This document shows, piece by piece, positions 42,588-52,763 of a stretch of DNA of 64,000 nucleotides. A program made the translations under genes and the position numbers. The stretch's first letter is position 1, and each line of letters starts with the position of its first letter. The notes beneath the pieces are model-generated. The model searched no databases and had not been told where the DNA came from. It saw only the letters and a program-made list of their open reading frames with translations. The DNA comes from Sulfurovum sp. (GTDB lineage Bacteria > Campylobacterota > Campylobacteria > Campylobacterales > Sulfurovaceae), in assembly GCA_030826885.1 (NCBI GenBank), contig JAUUDF010000018.1, forward strand, positions 415 to 64,414, in the 5' to 3' direction.

Positions 42588-43401
42588 GGTCAAGGCGCCA
42601 GATCCGGCGCTGATATTGCACTGTACGCAGATACTTCGCAAATACGGCATTACCACCGTGTGTGAAGAGAGTGCCTGTCCCAACCGTACCGAGTGTTACA
42701 GTGCTGACACCGCTACGTTTATGATACTAGGTGACACCTGTACCCGCGCCTGCCGTTTCTGCAATGTCAAAACCGGAAGGGGGATGCCGCCGGATGTAAC
42801 GGAAGCAGAACGCATCGCCAATGCGGCAGAGGCACTGGGGCTTACCTATGTCGTCATTACTTCGGTAGACAGGGATGATCTGCCCGATTATGGTGCGGGG
42901 CATTTTGTGCAGGTGGTACGTACGCTCAAAGAGAGACTGCCCCACGTCAAAGTCGAGCTGCTGACACCGGATTTTAGAGCCGATACACGGAGCCTTGAAA
43001 CGGTCGTTTCCTGTGGTGCGGACAAGCTGGCACATAACGAAGAGACCGTACGCCGCCTTAGTCCTCACATACGCCCGCAAAGCGACTATGAACGCTCTTT
43101 AAAGGTGCTGCGTTACTACGCGAAGTATTTTGAGGGGAAGGTCAAGTCGTCACTCATGGTCGGTCTGGGAGAACGCGAAGAGGAGCTGATAGAGACGATA
43201 CAGGATCTTTACGAGGCCGGGGTGCGGGAGCTGACCCTCGGACAGTACCTTCAGCCTACCCAAAGACATGCACCGGTGCTGCGTTATTATGTGCCGGAGT
43301 GGTTTGAACGTATCCGACAGAAGGCGCTTGCCATAGGCTTCGATGCCGTTGCGTCAGGAGCTCTTGTGCGCAGCTCCTACCATGCAGCGAAGCTTAGTTG
43401 A
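42568..43401 (+). CDS. lipA: Lipoyl synthase
   Basis: CEESACPNRTEC, CTRACRFC and RSSY motifs. Confidence 0.96.
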   Translation: MKTWKPKVKAPDPALILHCTQILRKYGITTVCEESACPNRTECYSADTATFMILGDTCTRACRFCNVKTGRGMPPDVTEAERIANAAEALGLTYVVITSVDRDDLPDYGAGHFVQVVRTLKERLPHVKVELLTPDFRADTRSLETVVSCGADKLAHNEETVRRLSPHIRPQSDYERSLKVLRYYAKYFEGKVKSSLMVGLGEREEELIETIQDLYEAGVRELTLGQYLQPTQRHAPVLRYYVPEWFERIRQKALAIGFDAVASGALVRSSYHAAKLS

Positions 43402-43681
43402 CGTAGTAGGCGCGTCCGTCATCACCGATGTAGTAGGTGCGTCCGTACTGATCCCGGTAATATTTATGTCTGGTATCTTGCGCATCACCGATAGCCGCGC
43501 CGGCAATACCGCCAAGCGCCGCTCCTATGACGGTCGACTTGGTGTCATGTCCGACAGCCTGACCGACCAGCGCTCCGCCGCCGGCACCGATAAGTGCACC
43601 TTTCTCCGCACTGGTTTCGGCACATCCGCCTATGAACAACATGGCTGCCGTTGCCAAGGTTAGCATAGATACTCGTTTCAT
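43394..43681 (-). CDS. Glycine-zipper lipoprotein
   Basis: Lipobox IGGC, GALIGAGGGALVG...GAALGGIAGAAIG and tail repeats YYRDQYGRT/YYIGDDGRA. Confidence 0.85.
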   Translation of the reverse strand: MKRVSMLTLATAAMLFIGGCAETSAEKGALIGAGGGALVGQAVGHDTKSTVIGAALGGIAGAAIGDAQDTRHKYYRDQYGRTYYIGDDGRAYYVN

Positions 43682-43755
43682 AATTGACTCCTTTGAGGTG
43701 ATGACCTATTATAGCATCAATCCATTAACGCACTATTTCCTGCAACTATACCTGT

Positions 43756-44997
43756 TTAGCTGTTCATCCAACCTGCATTTTCTGCTTGCGGAATGTTATT
43801 GAAGAGAATCACTTTGATCATATCTCCGCTTTCAACAGCACTGACATCTTCTCTAAAGAGAGCAACCGCATTACTCTCGACAATAGGGGTCATCATACCA
43901 GAACCGTACTTGTTGTTTCGGGTTACATGAAAAATGCCCTCTGTTACATTGCCCAGCACAATGTTGGTTCTGCCCGGACGCATACCGAAAGTCTGAGCGT
44001 TTTGGGTGTAGATGAAGTCGTGGTGGATGCGACTGCTACCTTGAAGTTTAAAGAGTACGGGTAGTGAGAGCAGCATAAAATTGACCATGGCAGCAAGCGG
44101 GTTGCCCGGCATTGCCATGACGAAGGTGTTATCCATAATGCCCATCATGGTGGGATGTCCAGGTTTGACGTTGATACCATGGAAGAGCACCTCGAGACCG
44201 TTGTCTACAAATGCTTTGCCTGTAAAGTCATGATCTCCCATAGAGATGCCGCCGGTAGTGACGATGACATCATAACAGGCTTTGAGGCTTTTAATAAATG
44301 CTACCGTTTTGTCGGGACTGTCAGGAATGGCACCTGCATAGACGGCCTGGAAACCATAATGCGCCATAAGGGCGGTTAGGGCAGAGGCATTGGCGTTGTA
44401 TATTTCATCTTCCGTAGCACTCTCCCACGGCTCTTTGATCTCGTCACCGGTAGAGAGTATGGCAATACGCAGCGGTCTGTAGACTTTGGCACTGACGATC
44501 CCCTGCGCACTCAGCAGCGCAATGTGTGCCGGTGTGATGCGTTCACCTTTTTGAAAAAGCACATTCCCTGCTTTTTGCTCCTCTCCTTTGACCCTGAACG
44601 CATTGACCTTTTTAATGTCGGCAGGAATGTTTACTTCGGTTTCTGTAACATCACTGCACTGTTCGATGGGAACAATAGTATCGGCATCTTCAGGGACTTG
44701 TGCTCCAGTCATAATTTTGTAACATTCATTTGTGTTGAGTACTGCATCGGGTTTTTCACCGGCATAGATACTTTTGCGAATTTTCAGTGTGCGTCCGCGT
44801 TCATCGAATCTGAAGGCAAACCCGTCCATTGCCGAGTTGTTGAAAGAGGGGAGGTTTTTTGTAACGATGATATCTTCCGCAAGTACCCTGTCTAAAAGAG
44901 CATTGAGCATGACAAACTCACCCTGCAGAACACTGCTGCAGTGTGCAAGTGCGCTTTCAAGTGCCTGGGTAAATGAAGGAGCTTTGGCGTTTTTCAT
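43756..44997 (-). CDS. moeA: Molybdopterin molybdenumtransferase
   Basis: SAMDGFA, IMTGA.VP, STGDE, TTGGISMGD, KPG.P and PGNP motifs. Confidence 0.96.
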   Translation of the reverse strand: MKNAKAPSFTQALESALAHCSSVLQGEFVMLNALLDRVLAEDIIVTKNLPSFNNSAMDGFAFRFDERGRTLKIRKSIYAGEKPDAVLNTNECYKIMTGAQVPEDADTIVPIEQCSDVTETEVNIPADIKKVNAFRVKGEEQKAGNVLFQKGERITPAHIALLSAQGIVSAKVYRPLRIAILSTGDEIKEPWESATEDEIYNANASALTALMAHYGFQAVYAGAIPDSPDKTVAFIKSLKACYDVIVTTGGISMGDHDFTGKAFVDNGLEVLFHGINVKPGHPTMMGIMDNTFVMAMPGNPLAAMVNFMLLSLPVLFKLQGSSRIHHDFIYTQNAQTFGMRPGRTNIVLGNVTEGIFHVTRNNKYGSGMMTPIVESNAVALFREDVSAVESGDMIKVILFNNIPQAENAGWMNS

Positions 44998-45211
44998 GGG
45001 GACTGTTCCTCTACGGTCTTGTTATATGATGCCATATAGTACCAAAGAGGAGCTAAAAGGAATGGATATTGCAGATACGATGAGGGATTCCCCAAAAATC
45101 ATATTCGTAATCCCCCAATATATATGATTAAGAAAAAGTGCAGGTTGCTTATGGGATAATTTGTTGTATTTATAATATATTTTAGCCTTAGGTGATTAAA
45201 AAGAGGAAAAA

Positions 45212-45940
45212 ATGAAAAAGATATTTAAATGGATAATTGGATCAATGCTTGTTCTCTCGAGTATGAGCATGGCAGAGCAGAAATTTGTACCTATTGTGGC
45301 GGATGATATGGTATTATTTGCATCCTACAATGACATAACGAACAAGTTAAAAGTCCCTATCCCTGCCTACGAAAACCAATACAAGGAACTGGTTGTACAG
45401 TGTGAAGATGATATTGCCTATTTCATCATGTCCTATATGTACTATGACAATGCAACGGTTACTGCAGACAGCGGGAAACTTGTTATCGATGAGAATGTGA
45501 CCGATGCTGCCGATGCCAATGCAGAAACGGTATTTTCCTATTTGAAGGGTCATATTGACGGTAGTGATCCGGTTACCATTACAGGAAACGTCTACTACAA
45601 GGGTGAGCTGCGTGCATCAACCAAAAAGACATGACGATCGGGAAACAAACTTGAAGTACCTAAATTTAACGGGAACAGTCAGGGAAAACTGGTAATCCAG
45701 TGTGAAGACAGATATGTCTATTACATCATGGCCTATGACTGTTTAAGACAAGATACCGACCCCTCAGTCACTACAGACAACGGCGTTGCGGTCACAGACG
45801 AGAAGGCGCATGTGGGTGAAGTGTTCTATGTCAAAGGGCATGTAAAACGTACAGGAGGTCCTGTGACGATTACAGGTCATGTCTATAGCGGAGGGAAAGA
45901 TCTGGACATACCGCCAAGCTGGATTCAAACCTGTCCGTAA
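45212..45940 (+). CDS. Secreted two-repeat protein interrupted by an in-frame TGA at 45632-45634 (readthrough gene or pseudogene)
   Basis: Signal peptide; the same frame continues after TGA into a second homologous repeat (NKL.VP...LV.QCED...Y.IM.Y...KGH...PVTITG.VY). Confidence 0.75.
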
Positions 45941-45959
45941 GGAGGCAGGTATGCTGAAG

Positions 45960-46862
45960 TTACTGCAATGCTTTTTGCTTTTGCTTTTTTTCTCTTTTTA
46001 ATACCTGCACCGAAGCGGTCATCCCTACCCTCAGTTTTACATTTTCAGGCAACGGATCGAGTTTGATGCGTACGGGAATGCGCTGTGCAAGGCGTATCCA
46101 CTGAAAGACCGGTTTGACACTGGGCAGTAGATTTTGACCGGGATTCCCGTCGCTGGGAGAGATTCCCCAGGCAATGGACTCTACTTTTCCTTTAAGCGGC
46201 GTGTCAGGGTAGGCGAGCAGGGTGACAACGGCATCGTCTCCTACGCGTACTTCGGGAATGGCGTCTTCTCTGAAAAAACCGAAAACCCAGAACGATGAGG
46301 TATCGACCAGGGCAAGCAGCGGTTTGTTGGCTGATGCCTGTGTACCTGTCTGGAAGTTGATATTGGAGACATAGCCGTCAACCGGTGCATAGACCTTGGT
46401 ATAGGCAAGGTTGAGTTTGGCAATGTTGACCGACTCTTTTGACGATTCAATTTCCGAGAGCGATTTGAAATAGTTGGTCTCCCGTCTGACATAGTCTTTT
46501 TGTGAAACGGCACCTTTGTCTTTGTTGTATATTTTTTTAATGCGTTCATACTCTATTTTGGTACCTTTTGCCGCTTCAAGTGTACGCTGGAGCCTTGCCT
46601 GTGCCTGTTTGAGTTTAAATTCATACATGGAGGGGTCTATCTCAAAGAGCAGGTCACCCTTTTTGACCTTCTGATTGTCGGTAACATGGATTTTTGTTAC
46701 CATACCCGTAACACGTGGTGCAATCTGAATGACCTGTGTGCGAACCTGTCCGTCACGTGTCCACGGGTTGGCAGTGTATGATCGGTACTTGTTGTAGCCA
46801 AAATAGGCAGCAGTGCCGATAACTGCAAGTGTCAGTATAAGTTTTACAAGTTTGCGTAGCAT
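45960..46862 (-). CDS. HlyD-family membrane fusion protein (AaeA-like)
   Basis: PWTRDGQVR, APVDGYV and WIRLAQRIPVRI motifs. Confidence 0.92.
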   Translation of the reverse strand: MLRKLVKLILTLAVIGTAAYFGYNKYRSYTANPWTRDGQVRTQVIQIAPRVTGMVTKIHVTDNQKVKKGDLLFEIDPSMYEFKLKQAQARLQRTLEAAKGTKIEYERIKKIYNKDKGAVSQKDYVRRETNYFKSLSEIESSKESVNIAKLNLAYTKVYAPVDGYVSNINFQTGTQASANKPLLALVDTSSFWVFGFFREDAIPEVRVGDDAVVTLLAYPDTPLKGKVESIAWGISPSDGNPGQNLLPSVKPVFQWIRLAQRIPVRIKLDPLPENVKLRVGMTASVQVLKREKKQKQKALQ

Positions 46863-46871
46863 GATGGTTCC

Positions 46872-47087
46872 TTAAAATGTAATCCAGTAGGTGTCAATGA
46901 GTACCAGATAGAGTACCATGAGGGAGACAAAGACATATTCGGGTGCAAAGAAAAAGCGTGAGAGTTTCAATTTGTTAAGAATCACCGTTGTAACGAGTGT
47001 AGCAATGAATGCTATGAAAATTGCCGGCAGGAAAGGAGAAAAATAGACATCTCCTACGGAAAGTTCATGGGGAAAACTATTGCTCAT
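46872..47087 (-). CDS. DUF1656/AaeX-like small membrane protein
   Basis: PHELSVGDVYFSP and position before the AaeA-like gene. Confidence 0.8.
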   Translation of the reverse strand: MSNSFPHELSVGDVYFSPFLPAIFIAFIATLVTTVILNKLKLSRFFFAPEYVFVSLMVLYLVLIDTYWITF

Positions 47088-48684
47088 GGGTTAATCCTTT
47101 CGGCAGTATTGTACCGTTTTTCTCAAGTAGTCTGCCCCAGTTGACGCGTGATTTCATTCTCTCTATACTCTCATTGGAGAGATAGGTATGGCCTCTGCTT
47201 ATCTGCCACCCCCCGCCAAGTGACTTGTAGAGTGCTACGGCATTAAGCGCGATATTGCCTTTGATACTGGCGTAGCGGTCCTGCGTATTGGTGAGTTTTT
47301 CTACTGTCGTGAGCAGACGCTGATAGTTGACCAGTCCGTCATTGTATTGTACTACAGAGATATTGAATGCACGAATGGTGGCATTGAGCGCCTCTTTGCT
47401 TTCACGGTGCTGTTTGAGTGTCTGTAGATACCCTTCAAGTGCATTTGCAACTTCGGTTGCAGCGGAGATAACAGTTTTATTGTACGAAAGAAGGCTCTCT
47501 TCAAAAACGGCATCCTGCAGTCTGATCTGATTTTTGATGCGTCCGTAGTTGAGAATTTTCCATGAAAATGAAGGGCCGATCGTAATACCCAGCGGATCGC
47601 TGCCGTCGAGCCATGAACCCGACTGGTTGCTGTTATTGTAGCCGATGCTTCCAAAAAGGGAGAAACTGGGGTAGAGTTCAGCCATAGCAGCACCTGTTTT
47701 CGCTGAATTGGCATGTACGAGGTACTCTGCAGCCTTGACATCGGGGCGCTGTGTCACAAGGTTGGCATCGATACGGTTGTACGGATTGATATGTGCCTTT
47801 GGTACCATGTTCACATCGGTCAGTGCCTTGTCGGATTTAACCTGTATGACACCGCTTTTGGTATTTGCGATAAAGTGATTCGCTTTTTCATAGGCTTTTG
47901 TATTGCCTCTCTCAAGCATACGGTCGATTGTAGAAGTGTCGGTATTAAGCAGCAGGGCAAGTGCATTGCGTGCTTTGAGTCTGCCAAGTTCGATGCCTGG
48001 TATTTTGGTACGGGTGTTGTAAAGCTGTGTACGTGCCTGCTGTACATCGAGTTCGCTGACGTTCCCGGAATTGTACTGTATTTCGGTCATTTTGACGACA
48101 CGTTCCTGAATGATGACATTGCGTTTCGCATAGGTCAGCCGCTCCTGCGCGGTACGGTAGTTGATGTAGTTTCGTGCCACTTCCGAAATGACGGAGACGA
48201 CGATCGTATCGTATCCAGCAATGGAAGCATAGAGTTTGGCCTGCGATGATTCGATGCCTCTGGCATATTTCCCCCACAGATCAAGTTCCCATCCCATATT
48301 GAAACTGACCGAAGCGGTAGAAAAGTCAGCCATGCCCGTGTGGTTTGAAGTCGCTTTTCCTTGCAGTTGCTGTACCTGGGGGAAGGTTAGTCCCTGGCTG
48401 ATGCCAAGCAGGGTACGTGCCTGAAGAATGCGAAGACCTGCGGTTTTGACATCGAGGTTCTGGGCATAGGATTTTTCGACAAGGGTATTGAGTACGGGGT
48501 CGTTGAATGTATGCCACCAGCGTACGACCGGGCTGCTCTTGGCTGTAGTGAACTTCGATCTGTCCGGAAGCGCCGGTGCCTTGGGAGTGACAAAGTCCGG
48601 TCCAAGTGTTGTACATCCGCTGAACATAAGAGAATGCATGAGTATCAATAGAGTCTGTATGATGAACTTGTTGTATGGTTTCAT
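47077..48684 (-). CDS. Outer-membrane efflux lipoprotein (NodT/OprM family)
   Basis: Lipobox FSGC, WW..FNDPVL, WELDLWG, RPDV..AE and LYKSLGGGW motifs. Confidence 0.93.
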   Translation of the reverse strand: MKPYNKFIIQTLLILMHSLMFSGCTTLGPDFVTPKAPALPDRSKFTTAKSSPVVRWWHTFNDPVLNTLVEKSYAQNLDVKTAGLRILQARTLLGISQGLTFPQVQQLQGKATSNHTGMADFSTASVSFNMGWELDLWGKYARGIESSQAKLYASIAGYDTIVVSVISEVARNYINYRTAQERLTYAKRNVIIQERVVKMTEIQYNSGNVSELDVQQARTQLYNTRTKIPGIELGRLKARNALALLLNTDTSTIDRMLERGNTKAYEKANHFIANTKSGVIQVKSDKALTDVNMVPKAHINPYNRIDANLVTQRPDVKAAEYLVHANSAKTGAAMAELYPSFSLFGSIGYNNSNQSGSWLDGSDPLGITIGPSFSWKILNYGRIKNQIRLQDAVFEESLLSYNKTVISAATEVANALEGYLQTLKQHRESKEALNATIRAFNISVVQYNDGLVNYQRLLTTVEKLTNTQDRYASIKGNIALNAVALYKSLGGGWQISRGHTYLSNESIERMKSRVNWGRLLEKNGTILPKGLTHEQ

Positions 48685-50873
48685 TAAAATCTGCTCTCTT
48701 TAAGGTAATTGAAGTTGCTCTTTTGTGCTGTTTCCGCACAGCGGTAGTAGGAGCGCCAGAGGGACTTGTAAAGTGCGATAGTTTCATTGAAACCTATCAG
48801 GTGTTCTTTTTCGTCCAAGAACTGGGGATGGGAGGCATAAAAACGTGCCAGATCTTCTTCGTAATGTCTGGATACGGCAGATCTGTCGAGCCATGGTGCA
48901 TTTTCTTTGTCTTGAGGTATTTTGGATGTGAACGACATAAGTGCACGGGGCAGATAGGTCTCTATCTTCCTTGAAAAAAATGCTTGAACAAGGGGGTTAT
49001 GCTGCTGAAGAGCCATATGTGTATGCATCATTTGAAGTAACCATGAGAGACGGTTGCACTCTTTTGTAAACTCTCTCAGTGCAGTTTTATCGGTTTTGTC
49101 AAAGTAGGTGAAGTTGATCTTGTCTGCCCAGAGTCGCATGGCTGCAACAGTTTCCTCAAGGTGCATCATGGCATAGTTGACGTTGAATCTTTCCCATAAA
49201 GTGGCTCTGTTTTGAAGCACTTTATTGTTGTAATCAACAATATGTGAGGCAAAATTGAAAAAGCGTTGTTGCAGCAGCCAAAAAAGATGTTCCGCTTTCG
49301 TTGAAAAAGGAATATAGTAAAACACAATCAGGAGGGAGAGAAAGAGATAAAACACAAGCAGTGTCAATAAAAATATGCCGAAGTGATAGTGCATGGGGTT
49401 GGCAATATTCATAATAACAAGGCCAAGCAGAAAAAAGATGGAGAGTTTTTCCGGAATGAAATAAAACCCTACAAATGCATAAAAGAAAATAAACACTCCC
49501 AGTTCCCAACCATAGACGAGGTGGGGAAGTACTGCGATATACATCAGTGCTGTACATACAAATGAAAATGTAAAAACAAGCGTCAGTCCCAGCGGTTTGA
49601 CTGGCGTAAAGGCAGTGATAATGCTTAGTCCGGTTGCCAGTGTTGCAACAAGAAAACCGCCTGGAGGATTGTATGTGATCCAAAGATACACGGCAGTCCA
49701 AAAGATAAGAAAGGTAACGAGTGCGCCTTTGAGGTGTTCCGGGTTGAACCAGAGAAACCGGGAAGTGTTTGGAGGGGTATCATAGTGAAAATGTGTTATT
49801 GCGGAAGAGTTAAGGCTGTTGAGTTTGTGTGCCAGCGTGCATAAGAGCATATGCAGACGGGAGAGTTCTGCTATAACTGTATAGAGTGTGGCACGCTGCA
49901 GATAGTTCAGTGTTGCAGCGGTCGATTCATTCAGGAACACTTTGGGTGTTTTGGGAATCTCTATAGTGTCATTTGTGCTCCATGACTGCTCGATGGCTTT
50001 AAAGAGAACCTCTATCTGTGAAGTAAGCGTATCGTATCCTTTGATGTATGTTTCGGGTGGATGAGAAAGGTATGATATTTCTTCTTGCATGTTAAGCAGG
50101 GTAAGTGTAGATTCCAGTTGATTGAAGATATGAAGAATACTTGACCACTGGTGACGGCTGAAGGTGTTCTCCATATCACTGGCATTGTCGTCAAGACTCT
50201 TGGAAAATGCATTCTTGAGTGTATGCAGTTTCTCGGTGAGTTCTTCATATTCCGAAGTGTCACCAAATCGCAATGTGAAGAGTGAATGCAGTGTTTTGGT
50301 GATATCCCCCGCATATGAGATGCGTTCATCTTTAATGTGCACAGGCCAGAGGAGCATCCCGACAAGGGTATAGACGGCAATGGCGAATACGGTCATGAAT
50401 ACCTTGTCGATACCCGTAAGAAAAACATCATCGACCTCTCCGTTGCTGAATGTCATCATCATCGTCATGGCTGTAAGCATGAAAACGGTGGTGTCTCCCT
50501 TGAAGGCTCTGGCAAGGTAGAGCACCAGTGTAACAAGCACAGAAAGCGCAAGAAGGTAGGCCATTCTCTCCTGCGGAAAGAGCGCAATAAGCGTCATTCC
50601 CAAAACACCACCGATGACCGTGCCTGTAACACGCAGCATCCCTTTAAAGACCGAATCACCAACAGAGCCAACCGAAGCAATAAGCATAATGGTAACCAGT
50701 GCAGGCGTTATATTGCTCCACCCCTGCCAGAAGGCAATCATGTAGACCAGTACGAGGCTGAGTGATGCCTTGACGGCGAATTTCAGCTTATCGGAGAGGT
50801 GTGGTAAAACAAAAGCGGCAGTAACGGATTTTACGTTCTGTGTCATAGTATTGTCCGTTACGGTCGATGCCAT
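48684..50873 (-). CDS. FUSC/AaeB-family efflux inner-membrane protein
   Basis: KGMLRVTGTVIG motif, two TM bundles and operon context. Confidence 0.8.
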   Translation of the reverse strand: MASTVTDNTMTQNVKSVTAAFVLPHLSDKLKFAVKASLSLVLVYMIAFWQGWSNITPALVTIMLIASVGSVGDSVFKGMLRVTGTVIGGVLGMTLIALFPQERMAYLLALSVLVTLVLYLARAFKGDTTVFMLTAMTMMMTFSNGEVDDVFLTGIDKVFMTVFAIAVYTLVGMLLWPVHIKDERISYAGDITKTLHSLFTLRFGDTSEYEELTEKLHTLKNAFSKSLDDNASDMENTFSRHQWSSILHIFNQLESTLTLLNMQEEISYLSHPPETYIKGYDTLTSQIEVLFKAIEQSWSTNDTIEIPKTPKVFLNESTAATLNYLQRATLYTVIAELSRLHMLLCTLAHKLNSLNSSAITHFHYDTPPNTSRFLWFNPEHLKGALVTFLIFWTAVYLWITYNPPGGFLVATLATGLSIITAFTPVKPLGLTLVFTFSFVCTALMYIAVLPHLVYGWELGVFIFFYAFVGFYFIPEKLSIFFLLGLVIMNIANPMHYHFGIFLLTLLVFYLFLSLLIVFYYIPFSTKAEHLFWLLQQRFFNFASHIVDYNNKVLQNRATLWERFNVNYAMMHLEETVAAMRLWADKINFTYFDKTDKTALREFTKECNRLSWLLQMMHTHMALQQHNPLVQAFFSRKIETYLPRALMSFTSKIPQDKENAPWLDRSAVSRHYEEDLARFYASHPQFLDEKEHLIGFNETIALYKSLWRSYYRCAETAQKSNFNYLKESRF

Positions 50874-50876
50874 TGC

Positions 50877-51551
50877 TTATTGGCCTGACTTTTCTTTTTC
50901 AATAGTGTTGAGTCTCAAACTGATAAGGCTTGAAACAATAATGGCCATATAGAAAACACCGGCAATCGATTCAAGATAGACAAAAAATTCGGCAATATGG
51001 TTTTTGGGAAGTATGTCACCGTAGCCCAGGGTTGTAAGTGTCACATAACTGTAATAGGCCATACGTGAAAACCCTTCTTTCCAGTTGGTCACGTCAAGTC
51101 CACTGAATGCCTCAGGATCAATGAGTGCAATTTGAAGATAGATGACGGTCCAGATGAGTCCAAGAAGCATAAAAAGTGTAATGGAACCAACGATTTTGTT
51201 CGCATCTACGCGTCCTTCAAACAGTACCCGACGTACCGCTGTAATAAAAGTTGCCAGAAAGAAAACAAGCAGGGTTGTAAGGATGAAAAAGGCATTGGTT
51301 TTGCTGCTGAAGAAGTGATCAAGAAGAGAAAAAAGAAGAACCAGCCCCGTGATACCCCACAATAACTGTTTACTCTTTTTTTCTTTCTGAAGCGTATAGA
51401 TACTTGTCAGAGGTATCATCACAATGATGCACAAAAAGAGCTCTTTGCTCAGTTCGGTAGCCATTTCGGCAACGATGGCAGCCGCAAAGAGCAATAGCAA
51501 AAGTGCGCTGAAAAGATAAAAGAAATTGTTCTGCGTGTTCAGTCTGTTCAT
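50877..51551 (-). CDS. Membrane protein with potassium-channel pore (Ion_trans_2) domain
   Basis: YYSYVTLTTLGYGDILP filter. Confidence 0.85.
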   Translation of the reverse strand: MNRLNTQNNFFYLFSALLLLLFAAAIVAEMATELSKELFLCIIVMIPLTSIYTLQKEKKSKQLLWGITGLVLLFSLLDHFFSSKTNAFFILTTLLVFFLATFITAVRRVLFEGRVDANKIVGSITLFMLLGLIWTVIYLQIALIDPEAFSGLDVTNWKEGFSRMAYYSYVTLTTLGYGDILPKNHIAEFFVYLESIAGVFYMAIIVSSLISLRLNTIEKEKSGQ

Positions 51552-52630
51552 AAACTCTTTTCAGGCTCCCCTTCTTTGACCTCTGCAATCCAGAGTTCAA
51601 AGAGCTTGTATGCCAGTGCAAAGATGACCGCACCGATGAAGAGGCCTATCATTCCCATCAGCATCATACCGCCGATGGCACCGATGAGAATGACAAGCAT
51701 GGGGATGTCTACACCACGTCCCATGAGCATGGGTTTGAGTACGCCGTCACTGGCACCGACAATGAGCATGTAGACAGTGAAAATGATTTCGGGAGTACCG
51801 CTTCCCTGTGCGAAGACCCATGCAATGATCGGTCCAATGATGATAAGTGCGGGAAGCTGGATGATGGTTAGGAACATAATGGCAAATGCCCAGACAATGG
51901 CAAATGGCACATGCATGAGTGCGAGACCTATGAAGGCGAAAAAAGCCTGAATGACAGCAACGCCAAGTACGCCGGTAACGACAGAGCGGATAGTCAGTAC
52001 CGAAAGGTTCGCCCACTCGTCTCCTTTCTCACCAAGCAGGCGTTTCATGATGGTTTTGTAGAAACGCTCTCCACTTTTCGCACCAAGCAAAAAGAATGCG
52101 GCAATAATCATCGCGGCAATAAAAAAGAGTATGGTACTCAATCCGCTGCCAATGAGAGAAAATACGGATTTGGCTGCCGCTTTGATCTCCGATTTGAAGG
52201 GAGCGAGTGTCTGTCCAAGGTTTTCAGAAGCAGATTTCCAGAGTGCATAACTCTTTTCGCCGATCAACGGCCACTCTTTGACCTTTTCGGTCGGTGCAGG
52301 TATGTTCAGGTTTCCCTCATGCAGCATGGTGGCCGCTTTCTGCCCTGTCTCGATGACAGTGTCGGAGAGCATGTAGGTAGGTATGGCGAGTGCGGCAACA
52401 ACGGTAACGGTGAGTGCAATGATGACTCTCTTTCTGTTGCCAAAACGGCTTTCGAGCATTTTCACGACAGGTTGTAACGCCACAGCGATAATAATTGCCC
52501 AGATGATGATACCAAGGAAAGGTTTTGCAATGAGATAGGAGATGTAGATGACCAGAAAGAGCAGTCCCAGTTTGACGGCGATTTCGATGGCAATGGAGAC
52601 TTTTTCTTCTTTTTCCTGTGCTGTAGGCAT
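51548..52630 (-). CDS. AI-2E family transporter (YdiK-like)
   Basis: WPLIGE, DGVLKPMLMGRG.D.PM.VILIGAIGG and GLFIGAV motifs. Confidence 0.9.
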   Translation of the reverse strand: MPTAQEKEEKVSIAIEIAVKLGLLFLVIYISYLIAKPFLGIIIWAIIIAVALQPVVKMLESRFGNRKRVIIALTVTVVAALAIPTYMLSDTVIETGQKAATMLHEGNLNIPAPTEKVKEWPLIGEKSYALWKSASENLGQTLAPFKSEIKAAAKSVFSLIGSGLSTILFFIAAMIIAAFFLLGAKSGERFYKTIMKRLLGEKGDEWANLSVLTIRSVVTGVLGVAVIQAFFAFIGLALMHVPFAIVWAFAIMFLTIIQLPALIIIGPIIAWVFAQGSGTPEIIFTVYMLIVGASDGVLKPMLMGRGVDIPMLVILIGAIGGMMLMGMIGLFIGAVIFALAYKLFELWIAEVKEGEPEKSL

Positions 52631-52763
52631 ATGAATATTCCTTCTAAAATGTAATGTTGATCAATAATTATAACGAAAAATACTGTAACAAGTAAGCACA
52701 TTGGAGAGGGATATGGGATATAATATCTTTCATAATCTGTATTTCCAAAAAGAGGACAGTAAT

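Noticed and set aside
45126-45143. Extra copy of the TGATTAA motif upstream of the two-repeat gene
   Set aside because: Only one half-site matches and the spacing is off by one in AT-rich DNA
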